Source: a candidate division FCPU426 bacterium (GTDB lineage: Bacteria > Oederibacteriota > PGYV01 > Palsa-1178). Taken from it: 64,000 bases of DNA. This document shows, piece after piece, positions 27,301-36,804 of this stretch. Below the pieces are notes generated by a model. That model saw only the letters and a list, made by a program, of their open reading frames with translations. It had not been told where the DNA came from and made no database searches. The position numbers and the translations under genes are program-made. Numbering within the stretch: the stretch's first letter is position 1; each line of letters begins with the position of its first letter. The stretch covers positions 832,001 to 896,000 of the forward strand of contig CAWIXE010000001.1 in assembly GCA_963840035.1 (NCBI GenBank), written 5' to 3'.

Positions 27301-30300
27301 CTTTACCGTGCAGGCCAACCAGATGTTCGGTCCGCCTGCCGCGGGAAACAGGGCCGAGACCGAAGTAAAGTTCATAGACTACACCTTCCAGTCTAAAAAA
27401 TTCAAGGACTATGTCTTCAGGGACCCGCAGAAAAATTTCTCGGAAAAATTCGAGAGGCTCGGCAATGAGAACCTGGACCCGCTGGGCCGCGCGCGCTACG
27501 AAGTGCCTGTGCCGTCAAACGCCAACCCGCCCTCAGCCCTTTTGGCCGAGATATACACGGAAGTGTATGACGACGGGGGAAGGCCGGTGGGCGCTTATAA
27601 GACCATACCGGTGCACATTTACAACTATTACCTCGGCCTGAAGTTAAAGGACCCGAGGAAGATATATAAGCGCGGGGACAAGGTGGAACTCGACATCGCC
27701 GCCATTAATTCCGCCGATGAACCGCAGAAGGTGAAAAACGTCGAAGTCATAGTAAAAAGGAAAGTATGGTACTCCATATTCCGCGCCACAAGGTGGAACA
27801 GGCAGAGCTATGATTCCTCATACTACGAAGAGGCTGTTGTTTATAAAAACATGGACATAAGCGGCCAGGCATCGCTTGCCTTTGACGCGGATGTGGAGGG
27901 CGAATACTACGTCTACGTGGGCAACCAGGAAAAAATGAGGACCGGCATCACCATAAACGTATCCGGCCCGGGCTTTACCACCTATGACATGTCAAACGCG
28001 GAAAAAGTCACCATAGCAACTGACAAGGAAAAATATAAAGCAGGCGATACAGCGGTAGTATCCATAAAAGCGCCCTTTGACGGCATGGCATATGTCACGC
28101 TCGACAGGGACAAGATTTACTACGAGCGCTACGTGGCCCTGGTCAACGGCAGCGCCACCATAGAGATACCCGTGAAGGAAGAATACCTGCCTAACGTCTA
28201 CTTAAACGTCGTGGCAGTCAGGAAACCTGACGAGAAATACACGTCACTGCCTTTTGCCGCTTACGGCGTGCAGAACATTTCCATAGACAAGTCGGCGAAA
28301 GACCTGGATCCGAAGATCACCTGCAAGGATGAGGCCATGTCCACAGAGGGAATAAACGTGGAGATATCAGGCCTGCCAGCGGGCACTGCCGCGGTATTAG
28401 CCGCGGTGGACGAGGGCATACTGCAGATAATACGCTTTGAGACGCCGGACCCGCTCGCTTTCTACTACAGGAAAAAAGCCATGGAAACAAACACGTATAC
28501 CATATGGAACAAGCTCTTAACCGACGTGGCCGCGAAAAAGCGCGCCATCGGCGGGGACTATGACGCCGGGCCCATGGCAAAGCATTTGAACCCCATAGTG
28601 GCGAAAAACGTGGAGTCCTACGCGAAGTTCTCAGGAATACTCTTCGCGGGCGAGGGCGGCACCATAAACTACAAATTTGATACCAAGAAATTCAACGGCA
28701 AGGTAAGGGTCATGGTCTTTACGGTCAAGAACGACAAGTTCGGCTCTGACGCAAAAAAAGTGAACGTGGTGGACCCCATAGTAATCACGCCGACGCTCCC
28801 GAGGTTTTTAGCGCCGGGAGACGAGTTCTTCCTGCCGGTGAGGGTTTATAACAACACGGCAAAAGACTCGCCATTTGAAATAAAAGTGGATACGGAAGGG
28901 CCGGTTACTTTTGAGAAATCCGTGCTCACTGAGGAAGTCTTAAAGAGCAAGGGCGAGAAGATATTTACTTTCAGGGGGCGCGCAAAAGAGGAAGCGGGCA
29001 AAGCTGTCTTTAACATAACTGCCTCCGGCGCGGATGAAGTCATGAGCGTGGCGCGCGAACTGGCGGTCAGGCCCGCGGCGCATCTCGAGACAAAGGTATA
29101 CAGGGGTTCGCTGGAAACGGGCAAGGACATCAAGTTCGACGTTCCGGGAAATTACATAACACAGGGAAAAAAGACGCGGGTTTTCATGTCATACAGCCGC
29201 GCGGCAGAGTACGCCGGGGCGTTTAATTACCTGATACAGTACCCCTACGGCTGCATAGAGCAGACCACGTCGTCGGCCTTCCCGCTTATATTTTTTAAGG
29301 ACCTGGGCATAGTAAAGATGCTCATGGAATACCAGGGCATAAACGTGGAAACTTACGTCAATGATGCGATAAAGAGGCTCAGGGCTTTTGTGCTGCCGGG
29401 CAACAGGGTTACGTTCTGGCCGGGCTCCTCATATGACGCCTCGGACTGGACAAAACTTTACGTGGCGCACTTCCTCATAGAGGCAAAAAGAAAAGGTTAT
29501 TTTGTGCCTGAAGACCTTTATGATTCAGTGCTTTCCGCTGCGGGATTGACCGCAAACACTCAGGTAAGCATGCAGGTGGAGAACACCGAAGAACAGCAGG
29601 GAAATGAAGGCGAAGGAGAGGGTGAAGGCGGAGGAGACGGATATGAAGGCGGCGGGGACTCGGAGTCCCAGGCTGAGCAGGCATACACTCCGGTTCCTGC
29701 GCCAAGGCTGGACCGGCGCGCTGTTAATGCCGGGGAATACAATTTTGAAAATAACATTTACAAGCTTTACCTTAAAACCCTCATGGAGCAGCCTGATTCC
29801 AACACCATGAAGTATTATGAGGACCTCTTCACCATATACGTCAAAAAGAAACTTAAAAAAGAGAGCGTGCTGAAGGAACTCGGATACACATCGGAAAAGA
29901 TAAGGAACATGCAGTCGTCGCTGGAAAAGGACTACCTCTTAAAGGGCAACCTCATAGAGAGGACAGCGGCTGATTTTGCCAACGGGCTTGATGAGAGGGA
30001 CAAATTCCTCTTATCCATGAGTTACGCGCAGTACAATAACCCTGAGGCCGCGCGCATGGTGATTTTTGACGATTTCAAGTCAAAGTACATGGTAAGGGAG
30101 CTTAACGGCTTCTTTAATTCCTACGCGAGGAACTTAGGCATGTACCTGGCTGCCCTGTCGCAGGCGGAAGGCAAGCCGGGCGCGAGGATAGACTTTAATG
30201 AGGACCTTCTGTTAAAGCAGATAAAAGAGGACGGCTCATTTGGAAACACGCAGGAGACGGCATGGGCATTAATCGGGCTGGGTAACGCCGCTAAAGTGCG

Positions 30301-30940
30301 TTCCAAAGGCCAGCCGATCGCCGCTGACATATACATAAACGGCGCTTTAAGCAAGAGCACATCGGGCGAAGAGGACCTGGCGCTTTTTGACAAAACAAAC
30401 ACGTGGAAAAACCTGAAGATACAGTCAAAAGGGCCGGCAAAATTTTATTACAATATCTTCGTGGAAGGCACGCCCAGGGAAAAGAATAAAAAGTCCATGT
30501 CAAAGAACCTTAAAATATCAAGGAAGTATTATGACGAAGAGGGCAGGGAAGCCAACCTCACTAATGTTGTACAGGGCAAGCTCATCGTGGTATCGGTTAC
30601 ATTAGAGCCGCAGGCCGGAAGGCAGCTGGATAACGTGGTCGTAGTCGACCTACTCCCGGCGGGATTTGAGATAGAGAACCCGAGGTTAAAGACGCGCGGG
30701 TCGCTGAAGTTTAACCCCGTCTCAAACTTTAACGCCGTATATGAGGACATAAGGGATGACAGGATGCTGATGTTCACGGGAGCATTCTCGTCCGCCATGA
30801 CATTCTCATACACGGTCAGGGCCGTATCACCGGGAAAGTTCACCATCCCGAACGCGTACGCGGAAGCCATGTATGACCCGGATGTAAAGGCTGAGTCGTA
30901 TGAGGGCGATTACCTGGTGGTGGCGCCGAATAAATTTTAG
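24314..30940 (+). CDS. Bacterial alpha-2-macroglobulin with polytopic N-terminal membrane region
   Basis: DRGLYRPGE, F.VEEF.P, AAVDEGIL, LPRFLAPGD, thioester YPYGCIEQ, DLLPAGFEIENP, IRDDR, AEAMY.P; followed by pbpC. Confidence 0.93.
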   Translation: MAKKTSVWKLIIKYLTLALVFIAVPAFINFFNRSEYGVFEGMSRFAARYQLFAGIIIFALAYALRVLVKKQTPELTKGAAAFLLGGLITMVLLKTIPYLNTFQNLSIMYLTGWAMFLSYYFLEELPGIAAGLKEFVETASKTAGHVIKWIWLAFLVLAMPFILLHIMNNDYNLSETFRANFVALGLVFFLIPAAWRFFIKKEKFSFLLSSGIFILTGIIALLLQNLFLKLNFIDARIYRYFGVMIAAYLSMRDAAVMNFLHAVRDKVWSWLGPKMKKTLTAAGEFLGKYSKKSAGKIKEVKNKRIKALIAAGIVVAAIALFNLGKFIYDRSFVSVLALSPQGEVGNNIMITAEFSKPVDLKVKDVTELRCFTITPELKGKYTFENKKTVMFSPDEPLKPSTDYEVTMDIGKFFTAPGKQLIGAPKTQFHTPYMKITDSRFFVNKDILKNEEKEVVGEVNFNYPASIEDFKNSVEVTKIIMPNCSQLAKNESSMKFTVEKSESPTRFYIRIPDIQRSYDCQEIRVGIASGIKCPECTIGMADRFETSVNISQKVLLGVESVAPWQEEGSSSVAIRFNMPVSEEQVRKYVTIIRKPTINKPAVQIPFTLKTEYCYAMLSGDFEPNIAYEVTIGSGITSKSGDPFSYAKGYTTSVTVRDLPSSLDYAEEGEIVSAAGPMNVALRVMNLDRIYVRLYKVFKNNLVHYLRYQDIGNNGNQIYAGNYDITGGKINQEITEYINFDKFSKEPYKGIFVAEISDPKSGWENKRKLIRCTNLGMIAKTSGKDLHVKVMYINNLQPAADITVKLMSTTNQVMKEFKTDASGKVVYKNWREAMYNFSPYLVLAENGEDFSYLLFDGSMLDNYRFDTGGEPTLNEGMKGYLTSDRGLYRPGETVNLTAIVRNNDMTMPPGIIIENRIIGPQGEVVQSEKKALNTQAMETFRLKLTLSSTTGEYRSEIRLNDDRVIGSATFKVEEFIPDKLVVDVKSETPEINAGSPLLFTVQANQMFGPPAAGNRAETEVKFIDYTFQSKKFKDYVFRDPQKNFSEKFERLGNENLDPLGRARYEVPVPSNANPPSALLAEIYTEVYDDGGRPVGAYKTIPVHIYNYYLGLKLKDPRKIYKRGDKVELDIAAINSADEPQKVKNVEVIVKRKVWYSIFRATRWNRQSYDSSYYEEAVVYKNMDISGQASLAFDADVEGEYYVYVGNQEKMRTGITINVSGPGFTTYDMSNAEKVTIATDKEKYKAGDTAVVSIKAPFDGMAYVTLDRDKIYYERYVALVNGSATIEIPVKEEYLPNVYLNVVAVRKPDEKYTSLPFAAYGVQNISIDKSAKDLDPKITCKDEAMSTEGINVEISGLPAGTAAVLAAVDEGILQIIRFETPDPLAFYYRKKAMETNTYTIWNKLLTDVAAKKRAIGGDYDAGPMAKHLNPIVAKNVESYAKFSGILFAGEGGTINYKFDTKKFNGKVRVMVFTVKNDKFGSDAKKVNVVDPIVITPTLPRFLAPGDEFFLPVRVYNNTAKDSPFEIKVDTEGPVTFEKSVLTEEVLKSKGEKIFTFRGRAKEEAGKAVFNITASGADEVMSVARELAVRPAAHLETKVYRGSLETGKDIKFDVPGNYITQGKKTRVFMSYSRAAEYAGAFNYLIQYPYGCIEQTTSSAFPLIFFKDLGIVKMLMEYQGINVETYVNDAIKRLRAFVLPGNRVTFWPGSSYDASDWTKLYVAHFLIEAKRKGYFVPEDLYDSVLSAAGLTANTQVSMQVENTEEQQGNEGEGEGEGGGDGYEGGGDSESQAEQAYTPVPAPRLDRRAVNAGEYNFENNIYKLYLKTLMEQPDSNTMKYYEDLFTIYVKKKLKKESVLKELGYTSEKIRNMQSSLEKDYLLKGNLIERTAADFANGLDERDKFLLSMSYAQYNNPEAARMVIFDDFKSKYMVRELNGFFNSYARNLGMYLAALSQAEGKPGARIDFNEDLLLKQIKEDGSFGNTQETAWALIGLGNAAKVRSKGQPIAADIYINGALSKSTSGEEDLALFDKTNTWKNLKIQSKGPAKFYYNIFVEGTPREKNKKSMSKNLKISRKYYDEEGREANLTNVVQGKLIVVSVTLEPQAGRQLDNVVVVDLLPAGFEIENPRLKTRGSLKFNPVSNFNAVYEDIRDDRMLMFTGAFSSAMTFSYTVRAVSPGKFTIPNAYAEAMYDPDVKAESYEGDYLVVAPNKF

Positions 30941-31029
30941 ATTTTATATTTTAGATTTTAAATTTAAGGTTGGTGGAGCGCTGATTATAATATAATGCGC
31001 GAAACGCAACAATAGACATAAAACGTATT

Positions 31030-33396
31030 ATGATGAAACCTATTAAAATATTGCAGGATTTTTATTTACAGCATAAAAAGATGATCATCGCAGGGGGCGC
31101 CTTAATCGGCGCCCTGCTGCTTATTTTTATTTCCTTAAGCCTCATATTTCCCCTGCCCATCCATAAGATTGAGGATGATTTTTCCGGGCTTCATCTGGAC
31201 TCTTCCGGGAACTTAGTCAGGATAACACTATCCGAATCCGGAAAGTACAGGATAAAGATGAAGCTTGAGGGGATATCGGATTATGTGAAAAAGGGCTTCA
31301 TAGAGTATGAGGACAGGAGCTACTTTTACAACCCCGGGGTCAACCCGTTTGCCATAGCAAGGGCCGCTTTCCTGAATTTGAAAAAGCAAAAGGTGGTCTC
31401 CGGCGGGTCCACCATAACCATGCAGCTGGCAAAACTTCTGGAACCCAAGAAAAAAAGGGATATCTGGGCAAAGATACAGGAGGCCTTCCGCGCGTTTCAG
31501 CTTGAGGCAAGATATTCAAAAAAAGAACTGTTTGAGATTTATTTAAACACCATACCCATGGGCGGCAACATAGAAGGCGTTGCGGCCGCGTCCTATTTTT
31601 ACTTTAACAAGCCGCCTTCAAAACTATCCCTGGGAGAAGCCGCGCTGTTAATAGCTCTTCCCAAGCAGCCAAACAGGCTCCGGCCTGACAGGCACTTAAA
31701 GGAAGCTTATGCCGCCAGGGACATGGTGCTCGGGAGGGTTGCAAACGGGTTAAAACTCGGGGGGGATATTCTCGCTCGCTCGCTTAAAGAAGAGTACCCG
31801 GGAAAAAGGTTCACAAACCCCTATGGCCTGCCGCACCTGGTTAACAGGAAATTTGCGGGAAATAATCTGATAAGGCATTATTTCATAGACGCAGGAATAC
31901 AGGCGCTTGCGGAGTATAAGCTCAAGAACGCTGTTGTTAGATTAAAGGATGCCGGCGTCTATAACGGCGCCGTCATGATAGTGGAAAATAAAAGCGGGCG
32001 CGTCATAGCCTACGCCGGGTCGCCTGACTTTAACGACAAGGAACACGCCGGCGAGATAGACGGCGCGAACATTTACCGCTCGCCCGGGTCTGCTTTAAAA
32101 CCGCTGCTTTACGCCATGGCGCTTGATAAGGGCATCATCACCCCGAAAAAAATAACATACGACATACCCGTGGAATACGACGGGTATAACCCGGCGAACG
32201 CCCAGAAAAAATTCTTCGGCATGATAACTGCCCAGGAGGCGCTGCGACACTCATATAACTCCATAGCCGTTTACCTGGAAAATGAGCTGGGAAAGGATGG
32301 GCTCTTAAAGTGCCTGAAGAAAAACGGCTTTACCGACATGAAAAGGAACAACATAGTGCCCGGTCTTTCAGTGGTGCTTGGCACATACCCCATGACGCTG
32401 GAGGAACTGGTTACCATATTTTCAGCCCTGGCAAACAATGGCGAGATGAAAAAGTTAAAATACATATCCGAGCAGGAAAATAAAAAGGAAAAGCCTGTGA
32501 GGCTTGTTTCGCCTGAGAGCGCTTATATAATATCTGAAATGTTAGCCGGGGGCGAGAGGCCTGATTTGCCGCAGTCCTGGGAGTTCACTTATTACAGGGG
32601 CAAGGTCGCCTTTAAGACGGGGACCTCTTTCGGGCTGGTGGACGCGCTTTGCGTGGGATATACGCCGGACTATACCGTGGGCGTGTGGCTGGGAAACGCG
32701 GACTGCACGCCGTCGCATGAGTTAGTGGGCATTCGCGCCGCGGCGCCGCTCATGATGGATATTTTTAACGGCCTGGTCAGGCACAAGGATTCGTGGTTTG
32801 ACAAACCTGCCGGTGTGGATACGAGGAAGATTTGCCCCGTGTCAGGGGACGCGCCCGGGCCATACTGCAAAAACACCGCTGACGACATGTACATAAAAGG
32901 GACGACAGGAAACATAACCTGCAGCGTACACAAGGAAATATATATAAATAAAAAAACCGGCTTAAGGGCCGACCCGGCGCACATGAAATCAGGCGCGGGC
33001 AATTACACGAAAAAAACAGTGGAAGACTGGCCGCCTGTGGCAGCGGCATTTTTAAGGCAGACGGGCGGTATGTTGGCGGAAATCCCGCCGTATGGCAGGG
33101 ACGAAGCTCCGGACGGCTCCAACTCAAAACCTGAAATAACCAGCCCCGTGGAGGGCAACATATATTTTTTAAACGGCGCCATGCCGGAAAAATACCAGAA
33201 AATCCCGCTTAAAGTGGCTGTGGCAGGCGGGGCAGAGTCAAAGGTATTCTGGTTCGCGAACGGAAAGGTCATAGCACAGGGAAGCGCGGATAAACCCTAC
33301 TTTTTTAAGCCGGAGCCCGGGGAGTATAAAGTATCGGTGCAGGATGCCACAGGGGAGTCGGATTCGGTGAGGTTTAAGGTGTATGAAGGCAAGTGA
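31030..33396 (+). CDS. pbpC: Penicillin-binding protein 1C
   Basis: Transglycosylase EDR.F, SGGSTITMQLA; transpeptidase SPGSALKP (SxxK), SYN, KTGTS; C-terminal beta-rich domain; adjacent to A2M. Confidence 0.92.
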   Translation: MMKPIKILQDFYLQHKKMIIAGGALIGALLLIFISLSLIFPLPIHKIEDDFSGLHLDSSGNLVRITLSESGKYRIKMKLEGISDYVKKGFIEYEDRSYFYNPGVNPFAIARAAFLNLKKQKVVSGGSTITMQLAKLLEPKKKRDIWAKIQEAFRAFQLEARYSKKELFEIYLNTIPMGGNIEGVAAASYFYFNKPPSKLSLGEAALLIALPKQPNRLRPDRHLKEAYAARDMVLGRVANGLKLGGDILARSLKEEYPGKRFTNPYGLPHLVNRKFAGNNLIRHYFIDAGIQALAEYKLKNAVVRLKDAGVYNGAVMIVENKSGRVIAYAGSPDFNDKEHAGEIDGANIYRSPGSALKPLLYAMALDKGIITPKKITYDIPVEYDGYNPANAQKKFFGMITAQEALRHSYNSIAVYLENELGKDGLLKCLKKNGFTDMKRNNIVPGLSVVLGTYPMTLEELVTIFSALANNGEMKKLKYISEQENKKEKPVRLVSPESAYIISEMLAGGERPDLPQSWEFTYYRGKVAFKTGTSFGLVDALCVGYTPDYTVGVWLGNADCTPSHELVGIRAAAPLMMDIFNGLVRHKDSWFDKPAGVDTRKICPVSGDAPGPYCKNTADDMYIKGTTGNITCSVHKEIYINKKTGLRADPAHMKSGAGNYTKKTVEDWPPVAAAFLRQTGGMLAEIPPYGRDEAPDGSNSKPEITSPVEGNIYFLNGAMPEKYQKIPLKVAVAGGAESKVFWFANGKVIAQGSADKPYFFKPEPGEYKVSVQDATGESDSVRFKVYEGK

Positions 33397-33482
33397 ACAG
33401 CGGGTAGTGGGTGGGAAATACGTTGTATGAAAAAAAGCAGGGGGCAATTCACGAATTGCGCGACATTGAAAAGGCGGGAAAA

Positions 33483-34628
33483 ATGAAAATAAAGGTTTTG
33501 CTGATTTCTGTTTTTATTCTCCTTTCAGGCATCGTTTATGCAGGGGATGTGCGGGTAAGGGTGTTTTGTAAATATGAAGTGGATAACCTGCGCATAAGCG
33601 CCGCTAATAATGGAACGCATGAGAGCGCATATTTAAAACTTGATAATGGGGCTATAAAAGCCGGGCCGGGATGCAAAGGCAGCAGTTCCGCAGGGAACAG
33701 GCTTTTTTGGCCAAAGAATAAGGACGGATATTTATTGCGGTACGGCAGCGAAACGCGTTTAATACCCGGGGCTGTGGAAGTAACATTGATGCCGGGTGAA
33801 GATGGAATGGTAATCATAACCACAATGGACACAGAGGACTACGTGCCCTGCGTTCTTTCCTCGGAAATGGACGCAGCCATTTATAAGCCTGAGCTGGCAA
33901 AAGCCTTTGCCGTCACAATACGCACATTCGCGAAGAACAATAACAGACGGCACAAGGGGTATGACTTCTGCGATCTAACGCACTGTGAGGTTTTTAAAGG
34001 CGTCCCTCCCGATAAAAAGATGTGGTACAGGGCCTCAGGGGATACGAAGGGCCTGGTGCTTACGGGCCCCTGCGCGAAAGAGGCGGTATATTTTTCCGCG
34101 TGCTGCGGCGGTGTTACTGAAAACGCCGGCGAGTTTGCCAAGGGCAGGGCGGACAAGTGCGGGCTAAGCAAGCCTGATGTTTTTAACGGGAAGAATTTAT
34201 GCGAAAGCCACAGGTATTTTTCATGGGTAAAGCGGCTTAATAAAAGTGATGTGGAAACGGCCCTTAAAAGTTTCACTACAGATAAGGATATAAAAATAAC
34301 CAGCATGAAGATTACGGCAAAGTCAGCCGCAGGCAGGGTTAAGGTAATTGATTTTACATATGAGGCAGAGGGCCTGCAAAAGCACGCAGCAATAGACGCA
34401 AATAAGTATTTTTCGGCCTTCGGCAAGATAGCAGGCTGGGCGCTGGTGCCTTCGAAGTGGTTTGATGTGAAGAAAGAAGGCAACGGATTTATATTGACAG
34501 GCCATGGCCACGGGCATGGGGTAGGTTTGTGCCTTCAGGGCGGGTATACACTGGCTGGGATGGGGAAAAATTACAAAGAGATACTGGCGTTTTATTTTCC
34601 GGATCTGAAAATAGGGTGGGAGTTTTAA
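33483..34628 (+). CDS. SpoIID/LytB domain protein
   Basis: EDYV..VL.SEM, AKAFAV.IRT, CDLTHCEVF, ACCGG.TE, G.GHGHGVGLC..G, IL.FYFP. Confidence 0.88.
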   Translation: MKIKVLLISVFILLSGIVYAGDVRVRVFCKYEVDNLRISAANNGTHESAYLKLDNGAIKAGPGCKGSSSAGNRLFWPKNKDGYLLRYGSETRLIPGAVEVTLMPGEDGMVIITTMDTEDYVPCVLSSEMDAAIYKPELAKAFAVTIRTFAKNNNRRHKGYDFCDLTHCEVFKGVPPDKKMWYRASGDTKGLVLTGPCAKEAVYFSACCGGVTENAGEFAKGRADKCGLSKPDVFNGKNLCESHRYFSWVKRLNKSDVETALKSFTTDKDIKITSMKITAKSAAGRVKVIDFTYEAEGLQKHAAIDANKYFSAFGKIAGWALVPSKWFDVKKEGNGFILTGHGHGHGVGLCLQGGYTLAGMGKNYKEILAFYFPDLKIGWEF

Positions 34629-34638
34629 GGGTTCATCT

Positions 34639-34776
34639 TCTGAGAGAGCAAGCCCCTTCTCTACGAAACATAAGCAGGTCCGGGGTATAAATATTTACAA
34701 CCACTGTTGAGACATCCCTTGCGGGCGTCTCAAGGCAAGGGCCTGCGTCTGAGACGGGCACGAGGCCCGTCTCTAC
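34639..34776. repeat. Cluster of GTAGAG-type REP palindromes
   Basis: ...cttctctac; ttgagac..gtctcaaggc..cgtctgagacgggcacgaggcccgtctctac. Confidence 0.7.
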
Positions 34777-34872
34777 GGGGACCACTTTTATTTGCCAAAA
34801 ACATCAATTATTAGGTATAATACTATTTACTTGATCAAATCCCGCAGCGGCAAACTGCGTAAAAGGTGAAAA

Positions 34873-36699
34873 ATGGAACACAACACATACAATTACTTCC
34901 TGAGTTCAAAAACAGCAGCGCAATGGAAAAAATTCGGCATTTCACGCCGGGCGGGAGTGCTGGCGCCCTTGTTTTCCATTTACTCCGAGAATTCCTGCGG
35001 CATCGGCGAATACCCCGATATAAAGCTCCTTGCCGACTGGTGCGTCAAGTGCGGCATGTCCATAGTTCAGCTCCTGCCATTAAACGACACGGGGTATGAT
35101 TTTGCCCCTTATTCCTGCCAGTCAACTTTTGCCTTAGAGCCCATGTACCTGCGCATGGCGGATATAAAAGGGGTAAAGACCCATGAATTTGACAGGGAAA
35201 TGCAGCATGTCTTCGGCAGATGCAAGGCCGGGGAAAAGCGCGTGGATTACTCCATAAAGAAAAAGAAACTCGGCGTGCTCTGGAAGATGTTCGAGTCACT
35301 GAAGGAAGACGCGCCGGAATTCATAAAATTCAAAAAAACAAACAAGTTCTGGCTGGATGATTACGCCGTTTATAAGGTTTTAAAGGATAAATCCAACCAG
35401 GCCTCTTGGGAATCATGGGAAGAAAAATATAAATATAAGGAAGCCGGCGCCATAGAGGATTTTGTCATGGCCAATGACGAGGAAGTGAATTTTCACAAGT
35501 GGCTCCAGTGGCAGATACACATCCAGTTTTCCGCGGTCAAGGAGTACGCCAACTCAAAGGGCGTTTTCATACAGGGCGACCTTCCTTTCCTCGTGGCGCG
35601 CGATTCCGCGGACGTGTGGTCGCACCAGAATTATTTCAAGCTCGATGTTTCCTCGGGGGCGCCGCCTGACATGTACTTCGCAAAGGGGCAGCGCTGGGGA
35701 ATGCCCACGTATAACTGGGAACGCATAAAGGCGAAAGGCTTTGATTATCTCCAGGAAAAAGTCAGGTTCGCGCAGAATTTCTACGACATGTTCCGCATAG
35801 ACCACTTTGTCGGGCTCTTCAGGCTCTGGACAATAAAACTTGATGAGCCGGCCGACACTTTCGGCCTTAACGGTTTTTTTGACCCTGAAGACGACAATAC
35901 ATGGAAAGAGCACGGACAGATGATACTGGAGGCAATGACCGATAATACAGACATGCTGCCGTGCGCCGAGGACTTAGGCGTGGTTCCGGCATGTTCATAT
36001 GAAACACTCAAGGAATTTGCCATACCCGGCATGGACGTGCAGAGGTGGACGCGCGACTGGGGAAACACATATGACTTTAAAGCGCCGGACAAATACAGGG
36101 AAAACTCAATATCAATAATATCAAGCCACGACATGTCGCCTCTTACGCTGTGGTGGGAACATGAAGCCTCCACAGTGGACGCGCTGCTTGTGGAAAAGAT
36201 TTGCAGGGAAAATGATTTCGGTCTGGATCAGGTGCACTTCCATCTTTTTGACATGAGCCGCTCAACAAAGGACAGGCTGCGCTGGTATACGGATGTAAAT
36301 ACCCCGGACGAAGCGCTCCGGCGCCTGAATAAGGCCAGGGATGAAGCCTGGATGTTCTACGACATGCACAGGGAATCATACGACGAGAAAAAGAAATTCT
36401 GGGAATATATCGGGTTAAAGGGCGAACCTCGCGATAAGGCGGACAAGGAATTTGTAGCCGCGGCCATAAGGAAAGTATCGTCCACGAAGTCGGTTTTTTC
36501 CATACAACTGCTCCAGGACTGGATGTCGCTGGGTAATTATTTCGACAAATGGGACATCAGGGACATCCGTGTAAACGTCCCCGGCACCATGGACGCCACA
36601 AACTGGTCCATAATAATGCCCATACCGCTGGAAGCCATGCTGGCCATGGAGATCAATATGGAAATAGCCGCCATCAATAAGGAAGCGGGAAGGGTTTAG
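34873..36699 (+). CDS. malQ: 4-alpha-glucanotransferase (GH77)
   Basis: GIGE, VQLLPLND, GDLPF, SADVW, GAPPD.F..GQ.WG.P.Y.W, RIDHFVG, AEDLG, SSHD, N.PGT....NW. Confidence 0.93.
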   Translation: MEHNTYNYFLSSKTAAQWKKFGISRRAGVLAPLFSIYSENSCGIGEYPDIKLLADWCVKCGMSIVQLLPLNDTGYDFAPYSCQSTFALEPMYLRMADIKGVKTHEFDREMQHVFGRCKAGEKRVDYSIKKKKLGVLWKMFESLKEDAPEFIKFKKTNKFWLDDYAVYKVLKDKSNQASWESWEEKYKYKEAGAIEDFVMANDEEVNFHKWLQWQIHIQFSAVKEYANSKGVFIQGDLPFLVARDSADVWSHQNYFKLDVSSGAPPDMYFAKGQRWGMPTYNWERIKAKGFDYLQEKVRFAQNFYDMFRIDHFVGLFRLWTIKLDEPADTFGLNGFFDPEDDNTWKEHGQMILEAMTDNTDMLPCAEDLGVVPACSYETLKEFAIPGMDVQRWTRDWGNTYDFKAPDKYRENSISIISSHDMSPLTLWWEHEASTVDALLVEKICRENDFGLDQVHFHLFDMSRSTKDRLRWYTDVNTPDEALRRLNKARDEAWMFYDMHRESYDEKKKFWEYIGLKGEPRDKADKEFVAAAIRKVSSTKSVFSIQLLQDWMSLGNYFDKWDIRDIRVNVPGTMDATNWSIIMPIPLEAMLAMEINMEIAAINKEAGRV

Positions 36700-36804
36700 T
36701 TTTTAAATTAATTGCCAATTAAAAATGACTGTTAAAAGAAAAAATAGGTTACCTAAATCATTTGACTAACAACCTGCGCACATTCTATAAGCCGAGGTGT
36801 TTTT

